Positions 42,991-53,090 of a stretch of DNA of 64,000 nt are shown one piece after another. The notes beneath the pieces were generated by a model, which ran no database searches, was not told the origin of the DNA, and saw nothing but the letters and a program-made list of their open reading frames with translations. Where the stretch lies: positions 288,001 to 352,000 of the forward strand of contig CAWGMQ010000004.1 of the NCBI GenBank assembly GCA_963823665.1. The letters run 5' to 3'. Position numbers and translations under genes: made by a program. The stretch is from an uncultured Planctomycetota bacterium. Its GTDB lineage: Bacteria; Planctomycetota; Planctomycetia; Isosphaerales; Isosphaeraceae. Within the stretch, counting starts at the first letter, position 1. Each line of letters opens with the position of its first letter.

Positions 42991-43674
42991 ATGGTCACAC
43001 CGACACAAGACTATTATCCAGATCACGATGGGGGAAAGTTTGCTCCCATCGAAGCGACTACGGTGGCGACGTGGAAGGCGCCCGCGTTCCTGGAGAACCT
43101 CGCGATCGACGCTGAGGGTGCGGTATTCGTCACCGTCTATTCTCACAAGCGCGTCGATCGCTACGATCCGGCGACAGGCGCGACGACCACGTTTGCGGAA
43201 GTCCAGGCACCGCCGATGGGACTCGCGTTTGATCCGAGCGGCGTGCTCTGGGTGACCGGCGGAACGCTGCGCGAGGGACCTGGATACGTCTGGCGAGTCG
43301 AGCCGAGTGGTGCCGTTCGCCAATGGTGTAAACTCTCTGCCGGCAGTATCGAAATCGCGGCAACGCGTCTCTTGGCCGACGACTTCGCGTTCGGGATGTC
43401 TGGTTCTCTTTATATCACGACTCATCCCGAACACACTCTGGTTCGCCTCGACCGCTCAGGCGCTCGCACCACATTGGCAGGCCCCGAGCAGGGAATGGTC
43501 GGGAGTACGGCCTGCGCCTTTGGAAGAGCGCCCGGCGACGAGAAGGCGCTCTATGTAACGACCGATGGCGGCTTTCTGATTCCCCACCAAAGTGGCATCC
43601 AGGACGCCAAGCTCGTACGGATCGAAGTCGGCGAATCAGGCTGGCCCCTGATGCAAGGAGCGTCTCGAGAATGA
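42991..43674 (+). CDS. SMP-30/gluconolactonase-like beta-propeller, probably internally deleted
   Basis: FLENLAID, PMGLAFD, ADDFAF..LYITTH, TACAFG..LYVTTDGG; only 227 aa, with an abrupt junction near 43330. Confidence 0.7.
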   Translation: MVTPTQDYYPDHDGGKFAPIEATTVATWKAPAFLENLAIDAEGAVFVTVYSHKRVDRYDPATGATTTFAEVQAPPMGLAFDPSGVLWVTGGTLREGPGYVWRVEPSGAVRQWCKLSAGSIEIAATRLLADDFAFGMSGSLYITTHPEHTLVRLDRSGARTTLAGPEQGMVGSTACAFGRAPGDEKALYVTTDGGFLIPHQSGIQDAKLVRIEVGESGWPLMQGASRE

Positions 43675-44606
43675 TCCGCATCGCGGTCCTGGACGATTAT
43701 CAAAACGTGGCGCTCGAGATGGCCGACTGGTCGCCACTCGCCGGGCGCGCGGAGATCACCGTTTTCAACGACCGTCTGTCCAATCTCGATGCTATCGTCG
43801 AGCGCCTCCTGCCGTTCGACGTCGTGTGCGTCATGCGCGAGCGCACGCCGCTGCCACGGTCAGTCATCGAGCGGTTGCCGCGCCTGAAGCTGATCGCATC
43901 CACCGGTCCTCGCAACGCGGCCATCGATGTGGAGGCGGCCGCCAACCGAGGTATCGTGGTAGCGCATACGGGATACGACGCACGCTCCACCATCGAGATG
44001 ACCTGGGCTCTCATCCTCGCGAGCGCGCGTCAGGTCGCCTTGGAAAATGCACACTTGCGCACCGGCGGCTGGCAGCTCACGGTGGGCGAGAGTCTCCATG
44101 GTAAGACGCTCGGCGTTCTCGGCCTCGGCAATATCGGTTCGGAGGTTGCGCGAATCGGGCTCGCCTTCGGCATGAATCTGATTGCCTGGAGTCAGAACCT
44201 CACGACGGAACGGGCGGAAGCATGCGGAGGGCGACTTGTCTCCAAGGAGGAACTCTTCCGCAGCGCGGATATTCTGACAATCCACCTCGTCCTCAGCTCC
44301 AGAACGAAAGGCTCAGTGGGAGCGGCCGAGTTACAGGCAATGAAGCCATCGGCCAGGCTCATCAATACCTCGCGTGGCCCAATCGTTGACGAGCCGGCGC
44401 TTATCGACGTTTTACGTGGCCGTCGCATTGCTGGCGCGGCGGTCGACGTGTTCGACATCGAGCCCTTGCCGGCGGATCACCCGTTCCGGTCGCTCGATAA
44501 CGTCCTGGCCACTCCGCACATCGGCTTCGTCGCGCGCGAACTCTATCGGACTTTCTACGGCGATACGGTCGAAAACATCACGCGATGGTTGGCCCGGCAG
44601 CTCTGA
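43671..44606 (+). CDS. D-2-hydroxyacid dehydrogenase family protein
   Basis: AVLDDYQ, MRERT, GLGNIG, INTSRG, DVFDIEPL, TPHIG. Confidence 0.95.
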   Translation: MIRIAVLDDYQNVALEMADWSPLAGRAEITVFNDRLSNLDAIVERLLPFDVVCVMRERTPLPRSVIERLPRLKLIASTGPRNAAIDVEAAANRGIVVAHTGYDARSTIEMTWALILASARQVALENAHLRTGGWQLTVGESLHGKTLGVLGLGNIGSEVARIGLAFGMNLIAWSQNLTTERAEACGGRLVSKEELFRSADILTIHLVLSSRTKGSVGAAELQAMKPSARLINTSRGPIVDEPALIDVLRGRRIAGAAVDVFDIEPLPADHPFRSLDNVLATPHIGFVARELYRTFYGDTVENITRWLARQL

Positions 44607-44657
44607 ACGATGCGTAACACTCCACCACCGCAGTCGCTACTAGACGAGGAGAACGTG

Positions 44658-45065
44658 ATGAGTCAGACGACACAAGAGCGAAACAAGGCACTCGTACTCG
44701 AGGCCTTCGACACATTGTTCAACAAGCGGGACTATGAGGCCGCCGGGCGGTATTGGTCGCCCGGATACATCCAGCACAGCGCGCACATCGCACCAGGCCG
44801 GGACGGCCTCTTCAATCTCGTCAAGAGCATGCTTCGGACGCTGCAATACGAGCCCGGGGTGATCCTTGCTGATGGCGACTTCGTCGTCGTCCATGGGCGT
44901 TTTTCGGGGTTCGGCGCACCCGTCAACTGGATCGCGGCAGACATCCTCCGGATCGAGGACGGGGTCCTCGTCGAGCATTGGGACGTCATCCAGGACGAGG
45001 CGACTGAAGAGCAATCCAAGAGCGGCAAGCCGATGTTCGGCGACTCGTTTCCCGTGTACCCATGA
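44658..45065 (+). CDS. SnoaL/NTF2-like protein
   Basis: NKALVLEAF..YIQHS..DGDFVVVHG..DILRIEDGVLVEHWDV. Confidence 0.9.
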   Translation: MSQTTQERNKALVLEAFDTLFNKRDYEAAGRYWSPGYIQHSAHIAPGRDGLFNLVKSMLRTLQYEPGVILADGDFVVVHGRFSGFGAPVNWIAADILRIEDGVLVEHWDVIQDEATEEQSKSGKPMFGDSFPVYP

Positions 45066-45101
45066 GGAAGAGACCCAACACTATTTTATGGAGATGCCAT
45101 C

Positions 45102-45872
45102 ATGGCTAGCCTTGCCAGTAAAACTGCGCTCGTCACGGGAGCCTCGCGCGGCATCGGTCGCGCCACGGCTGAAGCCCTTGCCAGGGCGGGGGCACACCTC
45201 ATCGTTCACTACGGCCGCGCAGCAGCCGAAGCGGACGCACTTGTCGCCGGAATTCGCGCGGCAGGTGGATCTGCCGATGCAGCTCAGGCGGATCTCTCGA
45301 TGCCGGATGGGGCCCTCTCGCTCGCAAAGCAGGTTCGCGCGATCGTCGGCCAGCGGCTGGACATCTTCGTGGCCAATGCCGGCGTCTCGAAGGCTGCCGC
45401 GATCGAGGACCACACGATCGAAGATTTCGACAAACTGTTCGCCACGAATGTCCGCAGTCCGTTCTTTCTCGTGAAGGAGCTGCTGCCGCTTTTCCGCGAG
45501 GGATCGAGCATTACCGTCGTCTCCTCCCTGGCTGCTCGGGCTGCACCTGGCAATCCTGGGCAAGCGGGCGCGCCGTCACTCCCTGCCTACGCAGCCACGA
45601 AAGGGGCGCTGGAAACGCTGGTCAAGCACTGGGGTGCGGTGCTCGGGCCGCGCGGTATCCGCGTCAATGCCGTCGCTCCGGGAGTGATCGAAACCGACAT
45701 GTCCAATTTCACGAAGACCGAGGCCGGCCGTGGCGCCACACTCGCCATGCAGGCGCTGAAGCGCATCGGGCAGCCGTCGGATGTGGCGGACGTGATTGCG
45801 TTCCTGGCCTCCGACGGCGCACGCTGGATCACCGGTGCGAGCATTCCGGTAGACGGAGGGTCAAAGCTCTAG
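45102..45872 (+). CDS. Short-chain dehydrogenase/reductase
   Basis: TGASRGIG, ANAG, YAATK, VAPGVIETD, VDGG. Confidence 0.95.
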   Translation: MASLASKTALVTGASRGIGRATAEALARAGAHLIVHYGRAAAEADALVAGIRAAGGSADAAQADLSMPDGALSLAKQVRAIVGQRLDIFVANAGVSKAAAIEDHTIEDFDKLFATNVRSPFFLVKELLPLFREGSSITVVSSLAARAAPGNPGQAGAPSLPAYAATKGALETLVKHWGAVLGPRGIRVNAVAPGVIETDMSNFTKTEAGRGATLAMQALKRIGQPSDVADVIAFLASDGARWITGASIPVDGGSKL

Positions 45873-45950
45873 GGGCGTTGATGGATGATACTGGCCTCCA
45901 TAGGATGTACAAGTCCGACAGCGAAGTCCTATTAGACCTGGAGGTGAGTT

Positions 45951-46334
45951 ATGAACTCCGACACGCAAGGTCCCCCTTCGAAAGCGATGATCTGGACCGG
46001 CTGGGTCCTGACTGCTCTTCCATCGCTGATGCTCTTCGTGAGCGGTGGCATGAAGCTGGTCAAACCAGAGATGCTGGAACAGATGGGCTTTCCCGCGCGC
46101 CTTGGTCTCACCCTCGGGATCGTCGAGCTCGGCTCTACCGTGCTCTACTTGGTTCCACGCACGACGGTCCTGGGTGCCATCCTGCTCACGGGCTATCTCG
46201 GCGGCGCAGTCGCCACTCACGCCCGTGTCCTCGAAATCGGGTTCCTCGTGCCGCTGGTCCTGGGCATGGTCGTCTGGGGAGGGCTTTTCCTGCGCGATCC
46301 GCGGGTGCGGGCGCTCATTCCTGTTCGGCAATAG
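45951..46334 (+). CDS. DoxX-family membrane protein
   Basis: SGGMKL..LGIVEL..PRTTVLGAILLTGYLGGAVATH..WGGLFLRD. Confidence 0.9.
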   Translation: MNSDTQGPPSKAMIWTGWVLTALPSLMLFVSGGMKLVKPEMLEQMGFPARLGLTLGIVELGSTVLYLVPRTTVLGAILLTGYLGGAVATHARVLEIGFLVPLVLGMVVWGGLFLRDPRVRALIPVRQ

Positions 46335-46372
46335 CGAAGACCGGTGTGAGGAAGATGCCGAACAGCTTCTAC

Positions 46373-46417
46373 TTGACTGCTCGCCAGGCCGTTGCTATGA
46401 TTGAGCACTCACTCATT
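46373..46417 (+). promoter_or_regulatory. Sigma70 promoter overlapped by a TetR operator
   Basis: TTGACT-17-TATGAT; ATGATTGAG-CA-CTCACTCAT. Confidence 0.8.
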
Positions 46418-46428
46418 TTTGGAGAAAA

Positions 46429-46998
46429 ATGGCACGCCCCCTGAGCGAAGACAAGCGGACCGCAATCCTCGAGGCGGCGACCGAGGTCGTGGCGATGCTC
46501 GGTGTGAGCGCGCCGACCGCGAAGATTGCCAAGGGTGCAGGCGTGGCGGAAGGCACGCTCTTTACTTACTTCGCCAGCAAGGATGAACTGCTGAACCGGC
46601 TGTATCTGGAGCTCAAGATGGATCTGCGCGACGCCATGATGGCCGGCTACCCTGCCGGCAAGAGCTTGATTGAGCGGATGCGCCACGTCTGGGTTCGCTA
46701 TGTCGGTTGGGGTTCGGCGAATCCGTCGAAGCGGAAAGCCGTGAGGCAACTGGCGGTCTCCGACCGCATCACCGAAGAGAGCAAGAAGCTCACCGGAGGT
46801 GCATTTGCTGAGTGCTACACCCTGATGCGTGAATGCGCGCTCAGTGGAGCCCTGAGCCACCAGCCCCCTTCATTCGTGGCGGCGATCATGAGTGCGATCG
46901 CCGATACGACAATGGACTTCATCGACCGTGAGCCTGCACAGGCAAGGCGCTACACTAAAGCAGGGTTTGATGCGTTCTGGAACGCGGTCGCCGGGTGA
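46429..46998 (+). CDS. TetR/AcrR family regulator
   Basis: MARPLSEDKRTAILEAA..IAKGAGVAEGTLFTYFASKDEL. Confidence 0.95.
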   Translation: MARPLSEDKRTAILEAATEVVAMLGVSAPTAKIAKGAGVAEGTLFTYFASKDELLNRLYLELKMDLRDAMMAGYPAGKSLIERMRHVWVRYVGWGSANPSKRKAVRQLAVSDRITEESKKLTGGAFAECYTLMRECALSGALSHQPPSFVAAIMSAIADTTMDFIDREPAQARRYTKAGFDAFWNAVAG

Positions 46999-47013
46999 TT
47001 TTTTTTGCTTGCT

Positions 47014-47037
47014 GAATGAGCGAGTGCTCGCTCATTC
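47014..47037. promoter_or_regulatory. Perfect palindrome, second operator for the adjacent TetR
   Basis: GAATGAGCGAG-TG-CTCGCTCATTC, the same consensus as 46397-46416. Confidence 0.75.
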
Positions 47038-47119
47038 GTAAAATCTCGGCGACTTTTCGCTTCATTCGTGACCGACTGGACACTCCCACAAAAACTGGCA
47101 ACGAAGGAGAGGACTTACG

Positions 47120-48028
47120 ATGAGCAGAATAACATCAACGACTGACGGTAGGGTGAACGAAGGTTCCGTGACCAAAGTGTGGTTAGTGACCGGCAGCGCC
47201 AGCGGGTTGGGCCGCAACATCGCCGAGGCCGTGCTCGCATCGGGCGATCGCCTCGTGGCAACGGCGCGCGATCCTCGCCGCCTTGAAGATCTCGTGCAGA
47301 AGTACGGCGATCAGATTCGCACCGCCCCGCTCGACGTAGCGGATGAGGATGCGGCCTTTAAAGCGGTGCAGGCGGCGGTCGACGCGTTCGGGCGTCTCGA
47401 TGTCGTCGTGAATAACGCGGGCTACGGCGACTTTGCACCGTTTGAGCAATTGAGCTCGGAGAGATTCAAGGCGCTGATCGACACCAACTTCTACGGCGTC
47501 GTCAACGTGACCCGTGCCGCGCTGCCGATCATGCGGAAGCAGAAGAGCGGCTGCATCCTTCAGATTTCTTCCGTGGGCGGGCGATTGGCCCGTGCAGGCA
47601 ACGCTGGATACCATGCCGCCAAGTGGGCCGTCGGGGGCTTCACCGAGGCCCTGGCCCAGGAAGTGGCCCCGTTTGGCGTCAAGGTGTGTGCGCTCGAACC
47701 GGGCGGAATGCGGACGAACTGGGGTGCTCGTGCGAGCAAAGAAACACCTCGCCTGATCCCAGATTATGAACCGTCCGTGGGCGCGGTAGTCGGGATGCTC
47801 GAGTCTTACTGGGGCCACGAGACCGGCGATCCGGGCAAGGTGGCTCAGGTCGTTCTTCGTCTGGCTGCCAGCGATCGTCTGCCTGCACATCTCCTGCTGG
47901 GCAGTGACGCCGTAGAGTTCGCTGGCAAGGCCGAGGCGGCCCGCGCAGCCGATTCCCAGCGCTGGCGAGAGGTCAGTGTTTCAACCGATGTCAACGAACC
48001 GGGATCCTTGCCTGCTTTCCGATTCTGA
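47120..48028 (+). CDS. Short-chain dehydrogenase/reductase (alternative start GTG 47168)
   Basis: WLVTGSASGLG, NNAGYG, YHAAK, EPGGMRT. Confidence 0.93.
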   Translation: MSRITSTTDGRVNEGSVTKVWLVTGSASGLGRNIAEAVLASGDRLVATARDPRRLEDLVQKYGDQIRTAPLDVADEDAAFKAVQAAVDAFGRLDVVVNNAGYGDFAPFEQLSSERFKALIDTNFYGVVNVTRAALPIMRKQKSGCILQISSVGGRLARAGNAGYHAAKWAVGGFTEALAQEVAPFGVKVCALEPGGMRTNWGARASKETPRLIPDYEPSVGAVVGMLESYWGHETGDPGKVAQVVLRLAASDRLPAHLLLGSDAVEFAGKAEAARAADSQRWREVSVSTDVNEPGSLPAFRF

Positions 48029-48110
48029 GATCAGTCCATTCTCGGTGACCGGGGTCTATGTACATAGACTCCGGCCACGGCACTTCACCCCTGACTCAAG
48101 GAGAAATCAC

Positions 48111-49145
48111 ATGCGCTACAAACTGCTGGGCAAAAGCGGCCTTCGAGTCTCCGAACTGTGCCTGGGGACGATGACCTTCGGCGAGGATTGGGGCTGGGGT
48201 TCTACAAAAGATGAGAGCCGTAAGATCTACGACGCTTTCCTGGAGGCCGGCGGCAACTTCATCGACACCGCAAACGTCTACACGAATGGTACAAGCGAAC
48301 GTTTTCTGGGCGAGTTCATGCACGGCCAACGGGAGCGCATCGTCCTGGCGACGAAGTACACCAACGCCGCCCCGGGGACCGATCCCAACGCCGCCGGCAA
48401 CCATCGGAAAAGTATGGTGCAGGCGCTCGAAGCCAGCTTGAAACGGCTGAAGACGGACTACATCGACCTTTACTGGCTCCACATCTGGGACCAGGTCACG
48501 CCCATCGAAGAAGTCATGCGGGCCTTCGACGACCTTGTGCGGCAGGGAAAAATCCTCTACGCCGGCGTGTCCGACATGCCGGCCTGGGTTGTCGCGAAGG
48601 CCAACACCCTGGCCGAGCTGCGGGGGTGGACTCCGTTCGTCGGGCTGCAGATCGAGTATAGCCTGATCGAGCGGACCCCGGAGAGGGAACTGCTGCCGAT
48701 GGCGGCCGACCTGGGTCTGGGCGTCACGGCCTGGTCGCCCCTGGCGGGCGGAATGCTGACCGGCAAGCAACTGCAGCCGGGCGGAGCCAAGGACTCCCGG
48801 CAGGACAACCCGATGCTAAAGGAATTCATGAAGTCAGACGCTCGCAAAGAAGCCGTGGTCCAGGAAGTCATGGCGGTGGCACGTGAGGTCGGCCACACGC
48901 CGGCGCAGGTGGCTCTGGCCTGGCTTCGGCAACGCGCTACGCCTGTGATACCGATCATCGGCGCACGCAAACTGGCCCAGGTCAAAGACAATCTCGCCTG
49001 CGTTGACATCCGACTGGAACCCGCGTTACTAGTGCGACTCGATGCGGTCGGTCGCATCGCGATGGGGTTCCCACACGACATGTTCGCCACCGAAATGGCC
49101 CGCAGCCTCTCATTTGGCGGCATGCGGGACCGAATCGACGCCTGA
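48111..49145 (+). CDS. Aldo/keto reductase
   Basis: LGKSGLRVSELCLGTMTFG, DTANVY, ATK, DYIDLYWLH, WSPLAGG, PIIGAR. Confidence 0.95.
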   Translation: MRYKLLGKSGLRVSELCLGTMTFGEDWGWGSTKDESRKIYDAFLEAGGNFIDTANVYTNGTSERFLGEFMHGQRERIVLATKYTNAAPGTDPNAAGNHRKSMVQALEASLKRLKTDYIDLYWLHIWDQVTPIEEVMRAFDDLVRQGKILYAGVSDMPAWVVAKANTLAELRGWTPFVGLQIEYSLIERTPERELLPMAADLGLGVTAWSPLAGGMLTGKQLQPGGAKDSRQDNPMLKEFMKSDARKEAVVQEVMAVAREVGHTPAQVALAWLRQRATPVIPIIGARKLAQVKDNLACVDIRLEPALLVRLDAVGRIAMGFPHDMFATEMARSLSFGGMRDRIDA

Positions 49146-49182
49146 CCCAGGAAAGCGATTACTCACAAGAAAGGAAATCGTC

Positions 49183-49636
49183 ATGGAATACAGAGCGCTC
49201 GGCAATACAGGTCTCCTGGTTTCGAAACTCTGCTTCGGAACCATGACATTCGGCGATGGCAGAGGGCTATTCAAGATGATCGGCGCCGTTGGCCAGGCCG
49301 GGGCCGATGAACTGGTCAAGACGTCCATGGAAGATCCTCGACGTGATGGCCCCGATCGCGAAAGCACATGAATGTAGCCCGGCGCGTCTCTCGCTCGCAT
49401 GGCTCCTGGCAAAGCCTGTAGTAACCTCGGTCATCATTGGCGCGAAACGCCTCGACCAGCTTGACGACAATCTCGCGGCGGTAGAGCTCAAACTCACCCC
49501 GGATGAGCTGAGGCAGTTGGATGACGCGAGCGCCCTTCCCCCCGAATATCCCGGGTGGATGCTGCCGTTCCAGGGAGCCGACCGTCTGGAGAACGTTGAT
49601 CGGCTGGAGATCTTCCGCCAGTCGAAAAAGCAGTGA
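49183..49636 (+). pseudogene. Internally deleted aldo/keto reductase
   Basis: MEYRALGNTGLLVSKLCFGTMTFG..LVKTSM joined near 49328 to WKILDVM..LAWLL..VIIGAK..PPEYPGW; the catalytic core is absent. Confidence 0.88.
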
Positions 49637-49675
49637 GTGTGAAATCTTGGCGGGACCGCGCACCGGCAGCCGCAG

Positions 49676-52600
49676 CTACTTGATGATCGCCGTGTAATCG
49701 ATGTCGACCGACGCTCCATCTAGAGCTTCGATCACCCCATCAATCGTCAGTTCGGCCGCACCCTTGTGCGGTTTCGCCAGATTGATCGTCACCGAATCTG
49801 CGGCCGTGTTGTAAACAACGCTCTTGATCTTCACCGCCTGGGTATAGACAGTCTTGTGCTTCTTCTTGACGGCCGCGAACACGTGATAAAACCCGCGAGT
49901 GCTGGCCGAGGCGGAGTTGAGTGATTCGTTGAAGTCCACGCTGATCGACTTGACCCCCTGCTTGCTCTGAACCAGCCCAGGTGAACCCATCACCTTCGGC
50001 GGCGCCGGAGGTGGTGGTGGAGGAGGCGGGGGAGGAGGTGGTGTCGAACCGGTTACCAAGAGGTTATCAGCACCTGAACTCACGCCGCCGCTCTCGGCCG
50101 CGATCGCATAACCGCTGCCGGCGTTGTTGACGGTCAGACCGGAGAAAACAGCAACTCCGTTATGGGCATCCACGGTGACGGTGCCGCCCAGTGTCGAGAG
50201 GCCCGGGTTTGTTGAGAGCACGGCGGTCACTGGCCCGTCAAAGGTCGTGTCGACCTGACCCTGGCTATTTTCAACCGAAATGGTCAGGCCAAAACCCGCT
50301 CCGGCGACGACCGAGCGGGGCGGCGGCGCAGTGACAGCAAGAGCGAGTGCCTGGGTTGAAACGCTGCCGCCGCTCGAGTCGATCGGCTGGCCGTTCGTGG
50401 TACCGGCCGTCCCGGCAACGCCGTTGGCGGCGTTGCTTCCCCTGTTCCCGGCAGAGCTCTTGCTCTGACTGATACCGGGAAGTCCGTCATCGGCGCCGGC
50501 GCCGACTCCTCCCAGACCTCCTGCGCCGCCGCTGGCTCCGGATCCGCCGGCGCCTCCGGCTCTGCCGGTGCCACCTTGCCCCCCGGCTCCGACCGTTTGT
50601 GTGTTGGCCGATTGATCGACACCTGCGAGGTTCAAGGTCCCCGCGGTGATATAGATGGCTCCGCCCAGGGCATTGCCACCCGTGCCGCCGGCTCCGCCGG
50701 CCCCGCCGTTACCGGCGTTACCGCCTTTGCCGTTGGGTCCCCCGCCGCCGCCGTTACTACCGGGGCCCGACGGGCTGGCGCCGTCGCCGCCTTTTCCGCC
50801 GGACCCGCCAGCAAATCCGTCGCCTCCATCGCCTGGGAACAGGCCGTACGCACCGTTGCCGCCGGCGCCGCCGGACACCGCGTTGGAGCTCACGGTGGCC
50901 AGCGTCAAGCTCACGCTACCGCCGGCAACCGCGATGGCGCCGCCTGCGCCTAGTCCGCCCGTGCCGCCCATGCCGCCGGCGGCTCCGGCAGCACCCGCGC
51001 CGCCGCTTCCGCCTGCACCCCCCCCGCCGCCATGACCGCCTCCCCCGCCTGGGCCAGGGCCCATGCTGGAAGGGCTACCACCGTCGCCGCCTGCCCCGCC
51101 GTCGCCACCAGGGGCACCATATCCGCCCACGTTGCGTTCCTCGGCTGAATATGGGCGGCCGCCACCCACACCGGCCCTGCCGCCGCTCGCCGCATTTTGC
51201 TCGATCGTCGACGATGTGACAACGAGGGAACCTCCGGCCACGTAGATCGCGCCGCCAAGGCCTGCGCCACCGGTGCCGCCAGTCACGTTGTTGCCGGAAG
51301 CGCCGGCACTTCCGCCGTGGCCACCAGCACCGGCCCCGCCGCCGCGGCCGCCGGCCGCGCTGAAGTCACCCTTGCCGCCGTCGCCGCCATTACCGCCAGA
51401 GGCACCGTGGCCTCCATCGCCGCCGGCCCCCGCACCGTCACCACTCAAATTGCCGAGGTATCCACCTCCCTGGCCGCCGATCACGAAGTTATCGCTTACC
51501 TGCACGCCGGCCAGACCGGCGTTGCCCGACGCCAGAAAAAGACCACCCCCAGCGCCCTCTCCGCCGTCGCCGAACGCACCGGCGTTTCCACCGCGTGCCC
51601 CGATGCCGCCGTTGCCTCCTGCTCCGCCACCACCGCCCTCGCCGCCGTCATCGGCGCCGTTGCCGCCATCACCACCATCGCCGCCGTTGCCGCCATTACC
51701 GCCGTTGCCTCCGTAGCCACCAGCGCCTCCCGCGGCGGCGTCCGCGGCGTCGCTGAATAGCTCTCCGCCGCTCATCGTCATCGTGCCGGTTGCGACGTAA
51801 AGACCACCGCCTTTGGCGGCGCCGCCGTTAGCGCCGGAACCCGCAGCGCCGCCAATTCCGCCATTGCCCGCGTTCGCACCGGCGCCACCGTCGCCGCCGT
51901 CAGCGCCGGATCTCCCTCCGCTGGCGGCACCGTGCCCCTCGGCGCCGTTCCCGCCGTTGCCGCCGCTTCCGCCATTGCCCCCGTGGCCACCGGCAGCCCC
52001 TGTCGCTCCGTCTCCGCTGATCTTTGCATTGACCAAATGCAACGTACCGCCCGCCTGGTAAATCCCCCCACCGGCACCTGTCCCTCCGGCGCCCGCCGCG
52101 CCACCCGCGCCCGCGGCGCCTCCGTTTCCACCTGCTGGGCCGTTCGTCCCATTACCCCCAGCGCCGCCATCGCCCCCCTTGCCACCATGGACGTAGTTCG
52201 CGCTAATCTGCGAGTCGATCACGCTCAACTGACCGCCCGCCAGGTAAATGCCCCCGCCTCGCGCGTTTCCGCCTGCGGTACCGGGCGCACCCGCCAGCCC
52301 GATGCCCCCCGTCGCCCCATTCGCACCGCTTGCCCCGGAAGCGTGATTGCCCGTAATCGACGCGTTACTGATCGTCACCTGCCCGCCGTCGATGAGAATT
52401 CCACCGCCGAGCGCGACCGCGCCACCCAGCCCGCCGCCGTTGTGTGCTCGGCCGCCGGTGATCTCCAGGTCCTTGAATACCACGGTGACGCCCGCGCCGC
52501 CGGCACCTGCAATTTCAAAAATCCGGGTGTTCCACGACGATGAGCCCGCGATCACTGCCGCTGACGGAGAGGCCCCCTGGCCCTCGATCGTCAATGTCTT

Positions 52601-52851
52601 GGCCGTGCCTGTGCCGTTCTGGATCTCGAGCTCCCCTGCACTCAAGTCAGTCAGCGTGATCGAGGCCGTCACATCGATTGTGTTTGAACCGGAGCCGTTG
52701 CTGTCCGCGGTCGTGATGGCCGCGCGGAAGCGCTCTCCGTGGCGACGTTGAACGTGCTCAGGACGATCCGGGATTCCAGACCTTCCAGATTTAGCCGGCG
52801 ATATTTCTCACGTCGAAGCGCTGCGCAAGCGGATCGTCTTCTGAACAACAT
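49676..52851 (-). CDS. LEPR-XLL, PGRS-like glycine-rich surface protein with Ig-like domain, poly-Pro linker and basic C-terminal domain; frameshift near 52730
   Basis: RRLNLEGLESRIVLSTF; long GGxGGxGG tracts alternating with GGGIY/GGAIY turns; poly-Pro; VKKKHKTVY. Confidence 0.88.
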
Positions 52852-53090
52852 CGGGGCTCCTCGCACTCGTGGCATAGATCGCAGAAATCATTGCGTTTTG
52901 ATGACGCAGCAAGCACGGCGACATTACATGGATGATAGCATCCTATCACAGGCTGCATTCGGAAACAATCAGGAGGAGCGCGCATCTCTGGGGTCTTTCG
53001 GACAAACGCACCTCCGGCTTGAGAAGCGCTACGGATTGCCGAGGCTACGAGTGGTCCATAGTCTCTTCAGCCACGCAGCGGAATTATGAC

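Noticed and set aside
49676..52851. True mycobacterial PE_PGRS gene or horizontal transfer
   Set aside because: There is no PE domain, and the N- and C-termini are planctomycete-type; the similarity is compositional.
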